Shown here: positions 9,570 to 19,193 of the stretch, piece by piece | Position numbering within the stretch: the stretch's first letter is position 1 | Layout: each line of letters opens with the position of its first letter | Assembly (NCBI GenBank): GCA_963743305.1 | Contig: CAVUPH010000014.1 | Location: 416,001-480,000 of the forward strand | DNA: 64,000 nt | Source of the DNA: an uncultured delta proteobacterium | GTDB lineage: Bacteria > Desulfobacterota > RBG-13-43-22 | Direction of reading: 5' to 3' | Notes under the pieces: generated by a model | Database searches by the model: none | What the model saw: only the letters and a program-made list of their open reading frames with translations | What the model was told of the DNA's origin: nothing | Translations under genes and position numbers: made by a program

Positions 9570-10622
9570 ATGGATTGGTTATATGTTCTCATGCCTATCG
9601 CCGGGGTCCAGATTTTTTGGCCCGGACTGATCATCCTCGGCGTAGGGGTCGGTGTCATTGGCGGGTTCTTCGGAATGGGCGGCGCCTGGATGGTAACGCC
9701 GGGCCTCAACATACTCGGCTTCCCCATGGCCTTTGCCATCGGCACCGATATAGCCCACATGGCCGGAAAATCCCTTATCGCCACCATGCGCCACGGCAAG
9801 TTCGGCAACGTGGATTATAAATTGGGCTTTATCATGCTGGGCGGCACGGTGGTCGGATTTGAAGTGGGCGCCCAGATGGTTATGTGGCTGGAACGATTAG
9901 GTAAGGTAGAAATGTATGTCCGCTATTTGTATCTGGTCCTCCTGGCTCTGATCGCCTGGATGGTCTTCGCCGATGTGGCCAAGAAAAAGAGGAAAGAACA
10001 GGCGGCCAAAGCAGCGGGCCAAGAGATCGATCAGTTGGCCACTGGCTTCGAATGGCATAAGACCCTGCATAAGCTGAAGATCCCCCCGATGGTCCATTTC
10101 AAAGAGGCCCAGATCTATTGCACCGCCTGGTTGCCCATTCTGGTGAGTTTTTTGACCGGCTGGCTGGCCGGGATCCTGGGCATCGGCGGGGGCTTGATTC
10201 GCATGCCGGCTTTGATCTACTTTGTCGGCTGCCCCACTCACGTGGCGGTGGGGACGGACCTTTTTGAGGTCATGATCTCCGGTCTTTACGGGGCCGCCAC
10301 CTATACCTATAAGGGGCGGACGGAACTGGTGGCGGCGATCATCATGCTGGTCGGCGCTTCGATCGGCGCCCAGGTGGGGACCGTGGCCACCAAGTATATC
10401 AAAGGCTACGGGATCCGCATCGCCTTCGGTTTGGCCGTTATCGGCTGTTTTTTTTCCATTGTGCTGAAGCTGATAGCCAAGGCGGTTCCGCCGGCTACGG
10501 GGGCCTGGTTTGACGGGGCGGCCACGGTCCTGGTTCTGGGCCTGGTGGCGGCCATGTCGCTCTATATCTTTGTCAGGATGTTGGCGGGCGCCAAGTTGGA
10601 ATTGGCGGCCAAAAAAAGATAA
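9570..10622 (+). CDS. sulfite exporter TauE/SafE family protein
   Basis: GFFGMGGAW...AIGTD and GILGIGGG...AVGTDLF repeats; multi-TM. Confidence 0.9.
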   Translation: MDWLYVLMPIAGVQIFWPGLIILGVGVGVIGGFFGMGGAWMVTPGLNILGFPMAFAIGTDIAHMAGKSLIATMRHGKFGNVDYKLGFIMLGGTVVGFEVGAQMVMWLERLGKVEMYVRYLYLVLLALIAWMVFADVAKKKRKEQAAKAAGQEIDQLATGFEWHKTLHKLKIPPMVHFKEAQIYCTAWLPILVSFLTGWLAGILGIGGGLIRMPALIYFVGCPTHVAVGTDLFEVMISGLYGAATYTYKGRTELVAAIIMLVGASIGAQVGTVATKYIKGYGIRIAFGLAVIGCFFSIVLKLIAKAVPPATGAWFDGAATVLVLGLVAAMSLYIFVRMLAGAKLELAAKKR

Positions 10623-10661
10623 GGGTCATTTAGATCCCTAAAGCAAAAGGAGAAAAGCGTT

Positions 10662-11255
10662 ATGCTGAAAAAATATTGCGGATTGACTCTGCTGGTGATT
10701 CTGCCTCTCATCCTGGCCTACGGCTGCGGGGAAATGGGTAAAGTGGACCAAGGCCGGGTCATTGAATTCGATAAAGCCAAAGGGACGGTTACCCTGATCC
10801 AGGATATGAAAGCCGATCCTAAAAATCCGGATTACAGCCATCTGCCGCCCGTCACCTATGAAATTCCCAAGAACCCGGATGAGATGGGACCGGAACCCAA
10901 GGCCGGGTTGCGAATGAAACTGGATGCCAAGGCCAAACAGATCATTATCTTCGATCCGGTCTCCCAGAATTTCAAAACAATCGATTATACCCTGATCGAT
11001 CAGAAGGAAGGGGTGGATGCCGAAAATCCTTTGGTCATGGACAAGAAATTCCCGCTGGTGGAAAAGGAGAAGAAGGCCATTACCCTCTATTCCAAGAGAC
11101 AAAAGCTTCTGACTACCTTCAGCGTCCCGGATGAGTATTTCGCCCTTCCGGACAGCGCCTGGGATGCGGGCGACGAGGTGCGGATTTATTATAAGGAAAC
11201 CGGGAAGGCCCGACGGTTGATGAATATCAGCAAGACCAATATTTATAAAAAATAG
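10662..11255 (+). CDS. lipoprotein (DUF4881-like)
   Basis: Lipobox LAYGC; GKVDQGRV motif; lies in TauE operon. Confidence 0.65.
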   Translation: MLKKYCGLTLLVILPLILAYGCGEMGKVDQGRVIEFDKAKGTVTLIQDMKADPKNPDYSHLPPVTYEIPKNPDEMGPEPKAGLRMKLDAKAKQIIIFDPVSQNFKTIDYTLIDQKEGVDAENPLVMDKKFPLVEKEKKAITLYSKRQKLLTTFSVPDEYFALPDSAWDAGDEVRIYYKETGKARRLMNISKTNIYKK

Positions 11256-11281
11256 CCGCCCCTGCTGGTGAAACGCAAGAA

Positions 11282-11328
11282 GATCGCCGGGGGATCCGTG
11301 GGGCTCCCTGGCGATCCTCTTGCTTTTT
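11282..11328 (+). terminator. probable intrinsic terminator
   Basis: GATCGCCGGGGG/CTCCCTGGCGATC hairpin followed by T-rich tail. Confidence 0.5.
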
Positions 11329-11390
11329 AGGGGGTTTATTGGTTTAATGATAATTCAAATTTCAACACCCAGGAACCGACCGGTCTGACG

Positions 11391-11600
11391 ATGAACATTC
11401 AACAAAAAATAGGAGTAGCCGTACTGGATGTGCTGATTTTAATCGAGTTGGGAATCAGTATGTATCGGGCCAACAAGACCCCCGATTTATTCACCCCGAT
11501 TTTTTTCAAGACCTTTTTTGTCCTGGTCATCCCCACCTTGATCGTGGCCGGGATAGTCATTAAAATGCTCCGGACCATTGAAGCCTCACCGAGCGCATGA
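11391..11600 (+). CDS. small two-TM membrane protein
   Basis: Two hydrophobic segments; ATGA overlap with the next gene. Confidence 0.6.
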   Translation: MNIQQKIGVAVLDVLILIELGISMYRANKTPDLFTPIFFKTFFVLVIPTLIVAGIVIKMLRTIEASPSA

Positions 11601-12385
11601 ACCTGGATCGGATTTCACGGTGGAGGAGATGGGCCGGCATTGCCGGCTCGATTTTTTGTCTCCTCAGCCTGTTGGCGGTCATAGACGCCCTGGTGGCGCG
11701 ATTTAAGCAGCCGCCCAGTTTATTTCAAGTGCTTCCGGGGACCGTCCTGGAGATCCAAGGGCCTCTGCGGGGGAAGGCAGACACCCCCGATAAACTGGCT
11801 TTTCAATGCGATTCCCGGGAAATCCGGATCCTTTTTGATGGAGTTCAGACCGGCTACTGGATGGGGGGGTATCTCTGGCGAGGGCGTCTGGTCATCGGCC
11901 CTGAAACCCGGCCAGGTCTCTATACACTTAAGATCCTCGGTCCTGGAATGGCCGCCAACCCGCCCTTCCCTCCTTTTCAGATCCGGGTATTCGGGGATGC
12001 GGATACGTATCGCCGGGCCCTGCCTTCTCTTGTTCAAAGATACTCCGGGGTGGTGCCCTGGGTGGCGGCGGTCTTCGCTTTTATCCCGGCCCTGGGATGC
12101 TTTGCCCTGGTTTTCTTTTTGTCCCAAAGGATAGAAGGCCTGCTGGCCGGGGAAGGCCGAGCGGAAATCTACCGGGTCCGTCAAACGAAGCGGGGTATCG
12201 AAATCTCCTTTGGCCTGGGCAGGGATCAGGGCTTGGAAGAAGGGACCCGGTTGAAACTGTTTGATGATAAAGGCCGGTCCCTGGGTACGGTAGAGGTCCG
12301 GAGCGTAACCGCCGGAGATGCCGTGGCCCTGGCCGTCGAGGAGCAGGGGGTACGCCCCGGCTATTGGTTGGCTAAAATCAGCTAG
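11597..12385 (+). CDS. hypothetical membrane protein
   Basis: 262-aa ORF with two TM segments, translationally coupled. Confidence 0.7.
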   Translation: MNLDRISRWRRWAGIAGSIFCLLSLLAVIDALVARFKQPPSLFQVLPGTVLEIQGPLRGKADTPDKLAFQCDSREIRILFDGVQTGYWMGGYLWRGRLVIGPETRPGLYTLKILGPGMAANPPFPPFQIRVFGDADTYRRALPSLVQRYSGVVPWVAAVFAFIPALGCFALVFFLSQRIEGLLAGEGRAEIYRVRQTKRGIEISFGLGRDQGLEEGTRLKLFDDKGRSLGTVEVRSVTAGDAVALAVEEQGVRPGYWLAKIS

Positions 12386-12409
12386 TTGATCAACGGATGG
12401 AATAAGCGA

Positions 12410-14062
12410 ATGAAAGAGAAGGAATACCGCACCTTATGGTGGAAGATCGTATTTACCACCCTGGGTTTCTCTCTGATCCCCTTGTTCGGCCTGGGGTTTA
12501 CCATCTATTATCAGTTCAGCGTGTCGTACACCGCCAAGGTCATGGAGAACCTGAAAACCCTGGCGGAAAACCGCCGTAGTGCCATGGACCTTTTTTTTGA
12601 CGAGCGGATCTCCCAGTTGGTCACCATGGCCCATACCCACTCGCTCCAGCAACTGGCCGATGAAAATTACCTCAACAGAGTCTTTAATATCATGCAAACC
12701 CGATCCAAATCCTATATCGATATCGGGGTCATTGATCAGGAAGGTAACCATTTAGCCTATGTGGGTCCCTACCCTGAGCTTAAGGAAGTCAATTACAAAA
12801 AAGAAGACTGGTTTCAATCGGTCATGTCGGGCGGGATATACATCAGCGACGTTTTTTTAGGTTTTCGAAAATACCCTCATTTTATCATTGCCGTGATGAG
12901 TCGCGAAGGAAACCAGACTTGGATCCTGCGGGCGACCATTAACTCCGAAATCATCGACCAGGTTGTCCGGGCCGGCCAGATCGGGAAGAAGGGGGATGCC
13001 TTCATTGTCAATAAGCGGAATATCTTGCAGACCGCACCCCGCTTCAGCGGGGAAATTTTCGGCCACCCCAAAACCCCGGATTTTTCCCGGGTGATCGAGA
13101 ATCAAGTGGAAGAACAGTCCCTGGAAGGGGAAAGGGCCCTCTTTGCCGCCACGGTGATTAGTAATACCAAGTGGGTCCTGGTAATCAAGGAGGATCCTCA
13201 GGAACAGCTTACCCCGCTTTTGCGAGCCCGTTATTTGGCGGTTTTTCTTTTATTGGCCGGCGTTTTATTGATTGTCGGCGGGACGATTGTTACTTCCCGC
13301 TTGATGATGAAAAGGCTGATTCAAATCGACCGGGAAAAGGCGGTGAGTGAGGATTTGGTCATTCAGTCCAGTAAAATGGCGGCCCTGGGAAAAATGGCGG
13401 CCGGGATCGCCCACGAGATCAATAATCCCTTAGCCGTAATCGGCGAGAAAGCGGGCTGGATGAAAGACCTGCTGGCCGAAGAGGATATCTCGCGAAGTGA
13501 AAATTTCAAGGAGTTTGAAGATTCCATCCACAAGATTGAGTACCACGTGGAACGGGCTAAAAAAGTCACCCATCGCCTCTTAGGGTTTGCCCGAAGAATG
13601 GAACCGCTTCAGGAAACCGTGGATGTGAACAAAACTTTGGACGAAACCATCGATTTTCTGAAAAACGAGTCCCGGTATCGCAATATCGACCTTCAAACCG
13701 ACTTCTCCCCCGATTTGCCAAATATTACCAGTGATTCCTCTCAGTTACAACAAGTCTTTTTAAACATCCTGAACAATGCCATCGATGCCATCGGCAAGAA
13801 TGGGATGGTGATGATAAAAACCAGATTCCTCCCCAAAAATAGTGAACTTTCTGTTGAAATTACGGATAATGGCCCGGGAATCCCCAAGGAGATGGTAGCC
13901 AAAATTTTTGATCCTTTTTTTACGACCAAGGAAGTGGGCAAGGGAACGGGCCTGGGTCTATCCATTGTTTTCAGCATACTGGAAAAACTGGGGGGAAGAA
14001 TCATGGTGGCCAGCGAAGAGGGGAAAGGCACTACCTTTACGATTTATCTTCCGACCAAGTAA
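12410..14062 (+). CDS. sensor histidine kinase (periplasmic Cache-like domain, HisKA, HATPase)
   Basis: Two TM helices; H-box AHEINNPL; N, G1, F and G2 boxes. Confidence 0.93.
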   Translation: MKEKEYRTLWWKIVFTTLGFSLIPLFGLGFTIYYQFSVSYTAKVMENLKTLAENRRSAMDLFFDERISQLVTMAHTHSLQQLADENYLNRVFNIMQTRSKSYIDIGVIDQEGNHLAYVGPYPELKEVNYKKEDWFQSVMSGGIYISDVFLGFRKYPHFIIAVMSREGNQTWILRATINSEIIDQVVRAGQIGKKGDAFIVNKRNILQTAPRFSGEIFGHPKTPDFSRVIENQVEEQSLEGERALFAATVISNTKWVLVIKEDPQEQLTPLLRARYLAVFLLLAGVLLIVGGTIVTSRLMMKRLIQIDREKAVSEDLVIQSSKMAALGKMAAGIAHEINNPLAVIGEKAGWMKDLLAEEDISRSENFKEFEDSIHKIEYHVERAKKVTHRLLGFARRMEPLQETVDVNKTLDETIDFLKNESRYRNIDLQTDFSPDLPNITSDSSQLQQVFLNILNNAIDAIGKNGMVMIKTRFLPKNSELSVEITDNGPGIPKEMVAKIFDPFFTTKEVGKGTGLGLSIVFSILEKLGGRIMVASEEGKGTTFTIYLPTK

Positions 14063-14085
14063 AGTGTTTCCGAGGGAGGTGACCC

Positions 14086-14487
14086 ATGGAAGAATTCAAG
14101 ATACTGGTGGTAGACGATGAAGACGATTTTCGGGAGACGATTGTCAAACGATTGCAAAAACGGAAGATGACGGCCCGGGGGGCGGAAAGCGGGGAAAAAG
14201 CGCTCGAATTCATTGAGGCCCAGCCTTTTGATGTGGTGGTTCTAGATGTCAAAATGCCCGGTCTGGACGGAATAGATACCCTGCGGGAGATTAAACAAAG
14301 AAGACCCCTGATCGAGGTGATTTTGCTCACCGGGCATGCCTCGATGGAATCGGGCATCGAGGGGATGAAATTAGGGGCCTTCGATTACGTGATGAAACCG
14401 GCCAACCTGGAGGAGCTGATTGAAAAAATGCGCCAGGCCTATGAAAAAAAAGTGGTCTCCGAAGCCCAGGAACTGGAAGGTCGCTAA
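14086..14487 (+). CDS. single-domain response regulator
   Basis: LVVDD, LDVKMPG, LTGH, KP. Confidence 0.93.
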   Translation: MEEFKILVVDDEDDFRETIVKRLQKRKMTARGAESGEKALEFIEAQPFDVVVLDVKMPGLDGIDTLREIKQRRPLIEVILLTGHASMESGIEGMKLGAFDYVMKPANLEELIEKMRQAYEKKVVSEAQELEGR

Positions 14488-14499
14488 TCCCCTAGCCCC

Positions 14500-15441
14500 T
14501 CAAGGGTTGATGGGGGATTTTTTGGGATCGTTAGTCCCGAACAGATTTTGGAGGGCCTTCTTCAACTCCGGGAATTCAAAGTGGAAACCCAGGCCGACCA
14601 GTTTTTGCGGGAGTACCTTCTGGCCTTTCAACAGGACATTCCCAAATTCCCCCAGGATAAGTTTAAGCATAAACCCGGGGACGGCCGGAAGAAAGGCCGG
14701 CTTGCCGAGCACTTCGGCCAATATTCGGGTCAATTCTTTATTCCTCACCGGAGTGGGGCTCGTGCAGTTAATGGGACCGGCGGCTTCTTTTTGTTCCAAT
14801 AAGAAAAGAAAGATTCGAGTCAGATCCTGCTGGTGGATCCAGGGAAACCACTGGTTTCCAGTGCCCAGCGGGCTGCCTAACCCTTTATTAAACAAAGGGA
14901 TCATCTGATCCAGGGCGCCGCCTCTCCCGCCTAGAACAATCCCGAAGCGGCAACGAACTACTCGAACCCCGAAGATTTCGGCTTTCCGGGCCTCAGCCTC
15001 CCAGTCTCGGGCCATTAAAGCCAGGAAGTCGGACCCCGGCGGGGTGTCCTCCGTGATCTCTTCATCTTCGTGAAAGCCGTAATAGCCTACGGCCGAAGTG
15101 CTGAGCAGGACGGTCTCCAGCCCTTTTCGATCGGCTAAAGCGGAAACCAAGTTGCGGGTAGTCAGGATACGGCTGTCCCGCATTTCTTTTTTTGAAGCTT
15201 CGGTCCAGCGGCTGAAGATCGAAGCCCCCGCCAGGTTGATGAAGGCCTGGTGGTCAGCCACCGCTTTTTGCCAGGGACCTGGTTCCTGAGGATTGCCTTC
15301 CAGGAAGGCAGCCCCGGGAGGCAGGGGGCGGCCGGGTTTGATGGCCCGGGTCAAAAGGGTGACCAGATGGCCCTGGCCGGTCAACCGGGTAGTCAAATGG
15401 CTACCGACAAAACCCGTTCCGCCAGTGATAAGAATTTTCAT
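14500..15441 (-). CDS. TIGR01777-like NAD-dependent epimerase/oxidoreductase
   Basis: ITGGTGFVG, INLAGA, SAVGYYG, GNQWFPWIH. Confidence 0.88.
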   Translation of the reverse strand: MKILITGGTGFVGSHLTTRLTGQGHLVTLLTRAIKPGRPLPPGAAFLEGNPQEPGPWQKAVADHQAFINLAGASIFSRWTEASKKEMRDSRILTTRNLVSALADRKGLETVLLSTSAVGYYGFHEDEEITEDTPPGSDFLALMARDWEAEARKAEIFGVRVVRCRFGIVLGGRGGALDQMIPLFNKGLGSPLGTGNQWFPWIHQQDLTRIFLFLLEQKEAAGPINCTSPTPVRNKELTRILAEVLGKPAFLPAVPGFMLKLILGEFGNVLLKGQKVLPQKLVGLGFHFEFPELKKALQNLFGTNDPKKSPINP

Positions 15442-15444
15442 AAT

Positions 15445-16845
15445 TCAGATTGTATCAAAACCATCCACTTTGGCAATATTTTTGATATCCATCCCGAATT
15501 CCCTGATCCGATTCCAGACCGTGACCCGCGAAACCCCCAAGATTCGGGCGGCCTCGGATTGATTGCCAGCGGATCGCTTCAAGGCTTCCCGCAGGGCTTT
15601 CTTTTTCATTTCTTTTCGATCGGAGGGAGCGTTTGGAGTCGAACTATTAAAACGTTTTCCCTGGAAAATTCCGAGAGGAAGGTGCTGGGGCTGAATCAGG
15701 GCTTCCTGACAAGTCACCAAGGCGTATTCAAAGGCGCTTTTTAATTCCCGTACATTCCCCGGCCATTCGTAGCTGATCAAGGCCTCCATGGTCTCCGGGC
15801 TGATCCCCTGGATCGGCTTGCCGGTTTTCAACTGGATTCGCTTAAAGAAAAATTCCGCCAGCAGGGGAATGTCTTCCACCCGGTCGCGCAACGGGGGTAA
15901 GACGATAGGGATGACGTTGATTCGGAAAAACAGATCCTCCCGAAAGCCCCCCGTGGCGACGAGTTGTTTCAGATTTTTGTTGGTGGCCGAAATAATCCGG
16001 ACATCCACCGGAACCGGCCGATTTTCGCCCACCCGCTCAATAACTTTTTCCTCCAGGACCCGAAGCAGTTTCACTTGAGTGGAAAGCGGCAGGTCCCCGA
16101 TCTCATCAAAAAAAATGTCCCCCCCGTGGGCCGCTTCAAAGCGTCCTTTGCGGCCCTCATACGCTCCGGTGTAGGCACCCCGTACGTGTCCAAAAAGTTC
16201 GCTCTCCAATAACGTTTCGGTTAAAGCGGCACTATTGACCTTGACAAACGGCTTTCGTTTTCGCGGACCGATTTCATGGAGGGCTTTGGCAGCCAGCTCT
16301 TTTCCGGTGCCACTCTCACCCAGGATAATCACCGGGGCATCGGAAGGGGCCGCATTCGTGATCAAATTCAGGGCCAGTTGCAAAGGAGCAGCGTGGCCCA
16401 ATATTCCATGAAAGCTATCTTCTTCCCGCAGTTCCCGCCGGAAGGCCTCTATCTGGCTGTCTTTTTCCACGATCTCGGTCAGGTCGGTCAGTGTTTCCAC
16501 GGCCCCGATAACCTGTTTTCCGTCATCATGTAGAAGGGAAGCATTTTTTAGGACCGGGACATTGTTCCCGTCCTTTCGCTGGATGGCGCAGCGGCGCCGA
16601 TTCAGGCTGCCAAATTCAAAAACCGAACAAAACATCCGTCCCTTTTTGTCTCGCGCTTCTTTGCAAATATTACACTTCAGGACCGAACAGGGCTGTCCCA
16701 AGATCCCCTCCCGGGAATAGCCGGTAATTTTTTCAAAGGCCTGATTTACCGAGACGATAAGACCCATTGGATCGACAATCATTACCCCATCCTGGATCGT
16801 GTCCACTACCGTCTTCCAGTAACGACTCAACTCCTGTTCAAGCAT
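15445..16845 (-). CDS. sigma54-dependent enhancer-binding protein with Cys-rich PAS domain
   Basis: PAS; GESGTGKE, ESELFGH, GAYTGA, WPGNVREL; Fis-type HTH. Confidence 0.92.
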   Translation of the reverse strand: MLEQELSRYWKTVVDTIQDGVMIVDPMGLIVSVNQAFEKITGYSREGILGQPCSVLKCNICKEARDKKGRMFCSVFEFGSLNRRRCAIQRKDGNNVPVLKNASLLHDDGKQVIGAVETLTDLTEIVEKDSQIEAFRRELREEDSFHGILGHAAPLQLALNLITNAAPSDAPVIILGESGTGKELAAKALHEIGPRKRKPFVKVNSAALTETLLESELFGHVRGAYTGAYEGRKGRFEAAHGGDIFFDEIGDLPLSTQVKLLRVLEEKVIERVGENRPVPVDVRIISATNKNLKQLVATGGFREDLFFRINVIPIVLPPLRDRVEDIPLLAEFFFKRIQLKTGKPIQGISPETMEALISYEWPGNVRELKSAFEYALVTCQEALIQPQHLPLGIFQGKRFNSSTPNAPSDRKEMKKKALREALKRSAGNQSEAARILGVSRVTVWNRIREFGMDIKNIAKVDGFDTI

Positions 16846-17035
16846 GGCCCCCCTCCCGTTAAAATTTAACAGGGCATTAAATATTTAATTTAACATTTTA
16901 ACATCTTTAAGACTACAAAAATAACCCTTTCTCCCCTATTCTTCATTCTAAGCGTAGGGCCAATAAATATTTATATAATCAAATTCAAATGGTTAAGAAA
17001 GATATGGCTGAATCGAACAAACCCTGGGGGACAAT

Positions 17036-17050
17036 TGGCCAAGACCTTGC
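17036..17050 (+). promoter_or_regulatory. sigma54 promoter of tusA-hdr operon
   Basis: TGGCCA-AGACC-TTGC; divergent from a sigma54 activator. Confidence 0.7.
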
Positions 17051-17135
17051 TAATTAAATTATTGAAATCCCCATTTTTCCCTGTGGGGGAGGAACGTTGC
17101 CCAACAATTTCAGAACCTATTCAAGGAGGTAAAAA

Positions 17136-17390
17136 ATGGCTGACACAGATCTGAACAGCATTACCGTGGCCAATACCGTCGATGCCCGGGGAAGCGCGTG
17201 CCCCGGACCGCTTTTGGAAGCCAAAAAAGGGATCGGCAAGGTCAAGGTGGGAGAGATCCTGGAAGTCCTGTCCGGTGATCCCGGGACCCGGGATGACATC
17301 CCGGCCTGGGCCGATAAAGTCGGACATGAATACCTGGGTCTGCTGGAAGCGAGCGGCTATACCCGGCTTTTTGTGCGTCGGAAAAAATAA
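17136..17390 (+). CDS. TusA family sulfur carrier
   Basis: VDARGSACPGP motif. Confidence 0.9.
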   Translation: MADTDLNSITVANTVDARGSACPGPLLEAKKGIGKVKVGEILEVLSGDPGTRDDIPAWADKVGHEYLGLLEASGYTRLFVRRKK

Positions 17391-17407
17391 TCAGGGGCGT
17401 CAGGACC

Positions 17408-17830
17408 GTGCCGGAACAGGAAGGGAAGATTCTCATCTTAGCTACGGAACACTGTGCCTACCCGGGGGCCAATTCCGTGGGACAGGCCCACAGCTCGTAC
17501 CCGGCCAACACCTATATCCTCCGGGTGCCGGCACCGGTGCTGTTTCCCGAATCGTTTTACTTGAATTGCTTCAAAAAAGGGATCAGCGGCTTGATCATTA
17601 TGACCTGCGGGACCGAATGCCCTTACGAGGGGGCTTACCCGGCCCTGGCCAAGCGGATCGATCGGGTGTACGCCCTGATGAAGGCGCAGGACCTGGACCT
17701 GCGCCGGCTCCGGCTGACGGCGATCTGCACGGTTTGCAATCGGGCGTTTCTGAAGGAGGTCGAGGAGATGAATGCCCTGGTCCAAGAATTAGGACCTCCG
17801 GTCTTCGGAAAGGCCTCTCCGAGTGAATGA
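17408..17830 (+). CDS. mvhD: MvhD/FlpD-like iron-sulfur subunit (atypical Cys pattern)
   Basis: CAYPGANSVG...YP...ILRV...CGTECPY resembles MvhD; lies upstream of hdrA. Confidence 0.65.
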   Translation: MPEQEGKILILATEHCAYPGANSVGQAHSSYPANTYILRVPAPVLFPESFYLNCFKKGISGLIIMTCGTECPYEGAYPALAKRIDRVYALMKAQDLDLRRLRLTAICTVCNRAFLKEVEEMNALVQELGPPVFGKASPSE

Positions 17831-19193
17831 GGAGGAAGCCATGGAACCCAGTCAAACCCTGACGTTTGACGCCCTGGTGGTGGGAGGCGGTATCGCCGGC
17901 CTGCAGGCGGCGTTGGATCTGGCGGAGCAGGATTATCGCGTGGCGGTAGTGGAGAAAGACACCACCATCGGCGGAAAGATGATCCGGCTTTCCAAGGTTT
18001 TTCCGACGCTCGATTGCGCCAGTTGCATTACCACCCCCAAGATGGCCGCGGCGGCCCATCATGAGCGGATTACGCTGTTCACCTATTGTGAACTGAACAA
18101 TCTGGATCGGACTCCGGAAGGTTTGACGGCAACCATCACCCAGAAACCCCGTTATGTGGACGCCCGTAAGTGCATCGGCTGTCGGCAATGCGAGTATACT
18201 TGTCCGGTTTATGTGCGGGATGAAGAACAGGGTGGATTCTCCGCCAGGAAAGCCATCTATATCCCTTTCTCCAACGCCATCCCTCAGACGGCCCTGCTGG
18301 ATGTAGAAAATTGTTTGTTGTGCGGTAAATGCGAAAAGATCTGTCCGACTCAGGCCGTGGATTTTTTTCAGGAACCCCGGGTTTTTCGGGTGGAGGCTAA
18401 AACGGCTGTTCTGGCCACCGGCTTCGAACCGATCCCGCTCGCCGACAAGGTCCAGTACGGCAACGGGGAGATCCCCAATGTCATTACCGCGCTGCAGATG
18501 GAGCGGCTCCTGGCCCCCCATGGGCCCTATGCCCGGGTCCTGCGTCCCTCGGACGGTATGGAGCCGGATTCGATCGCCTTTATTCAATGCGTCGGCTCCC
18601 GGGACCAGAGTCTGGGGGTTCCCTATTGTTCCCGGGTCTGTTGCATGTACGCCATCAAGCAGGCCATGCTCCTTTCCGGCGCCCTGCCTCTGGCGGACAT
18701 AATTATTTATTACATTGATATCCGGGCCTTTGGAAAAGGCTACGAACAGTTTTTCCAAAATGCTCAGGCCATGGGGATCCAGTTTGTCAAAGCCAAAGTG
18801 GCCACCCTGAGCGAAGGCGAAAGCGGACGGGTCACGGTCCGCTACGAAGCCCAGGATGGAGAAGGGGTGACCACGGCGGATCATGATCTGGTGGTGCTCT
18901 CCCTGGGGATGCTCCCGGGATGGAACCCCGAGGGTCTCTGTGCCGTGTCTCGGGATTCAGACGGTTTTATAAAAACCATTCAACCCAAAATCGCCCCGAC
19001 CTTGACGGACCTGGAGGGCGTTCTGGTGACCGGCGCGGCAGCCGGTCCTAAGGACATCGTGGATACGATCGCGGAGTCCGGCGCCGCGGCTATGGAGGCC
19101 GCGAAGTACCTGACGGTCCGAGCATCTTCCCCCCCAGGTCCTGACCGATTGAAAACCGGCCGGATAAATCCAGTGGATCGGGAGATCGGATAA
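17823..19193 (+). CDS. hdrA: heterodisulfide reductase subunit A family protein (short)
   Basis: VVGGGIAG, KVFPTLDCASC, two ferredoxin motifs, QCVGSRD, YCSRVCCMY; start may be ATG 17841. Confidence 0.9.
   Translation: MNEEEAMEPSQTLTFDALVVGGGIAGLQAALDLAEQDYRVAVVEKDTTIGGKMIRLSKVFPTLDCASCITTPKMAAAAHHERITLFTYCELNNLDRTPEGLTATITQKPRYVDARKCIGCRQCEYTCPVYVRDEEQGGFSARKAIYIPFSNAIPQTALLDVENCLLCGKCEKICPTQAVDFFQEPRVFRVEAKTAVLATGFEPIPLADKVQYGNGEIPNVITALQMERLLAPHGPYARVLRPSDGMEPDSIAFIQCVGSRDQSLGVPYCSRVCCMYAIKQAMLLSGALPLADIIIYYIDIRAFGKGYEQFFQNAQAMGIQFVKAKVATLSEGESGRVTVRYEAQDGEGVTTADHDLVVLSLGMLPGWNPEGLCAVSRDSDGFIKTIQPKIAPTLTDLEGVLVTGAAAGPKDIVDTIAESGAAAMEAAKYLTVRASSPPGPDRLKTGRINPVDREIG

Noticed and set aside
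16963-16977. ATAAATATTTATAT as a third ArsR operator
   Set aside because: Lacks the 4-bp spacer and a full left arm; AT-rich background
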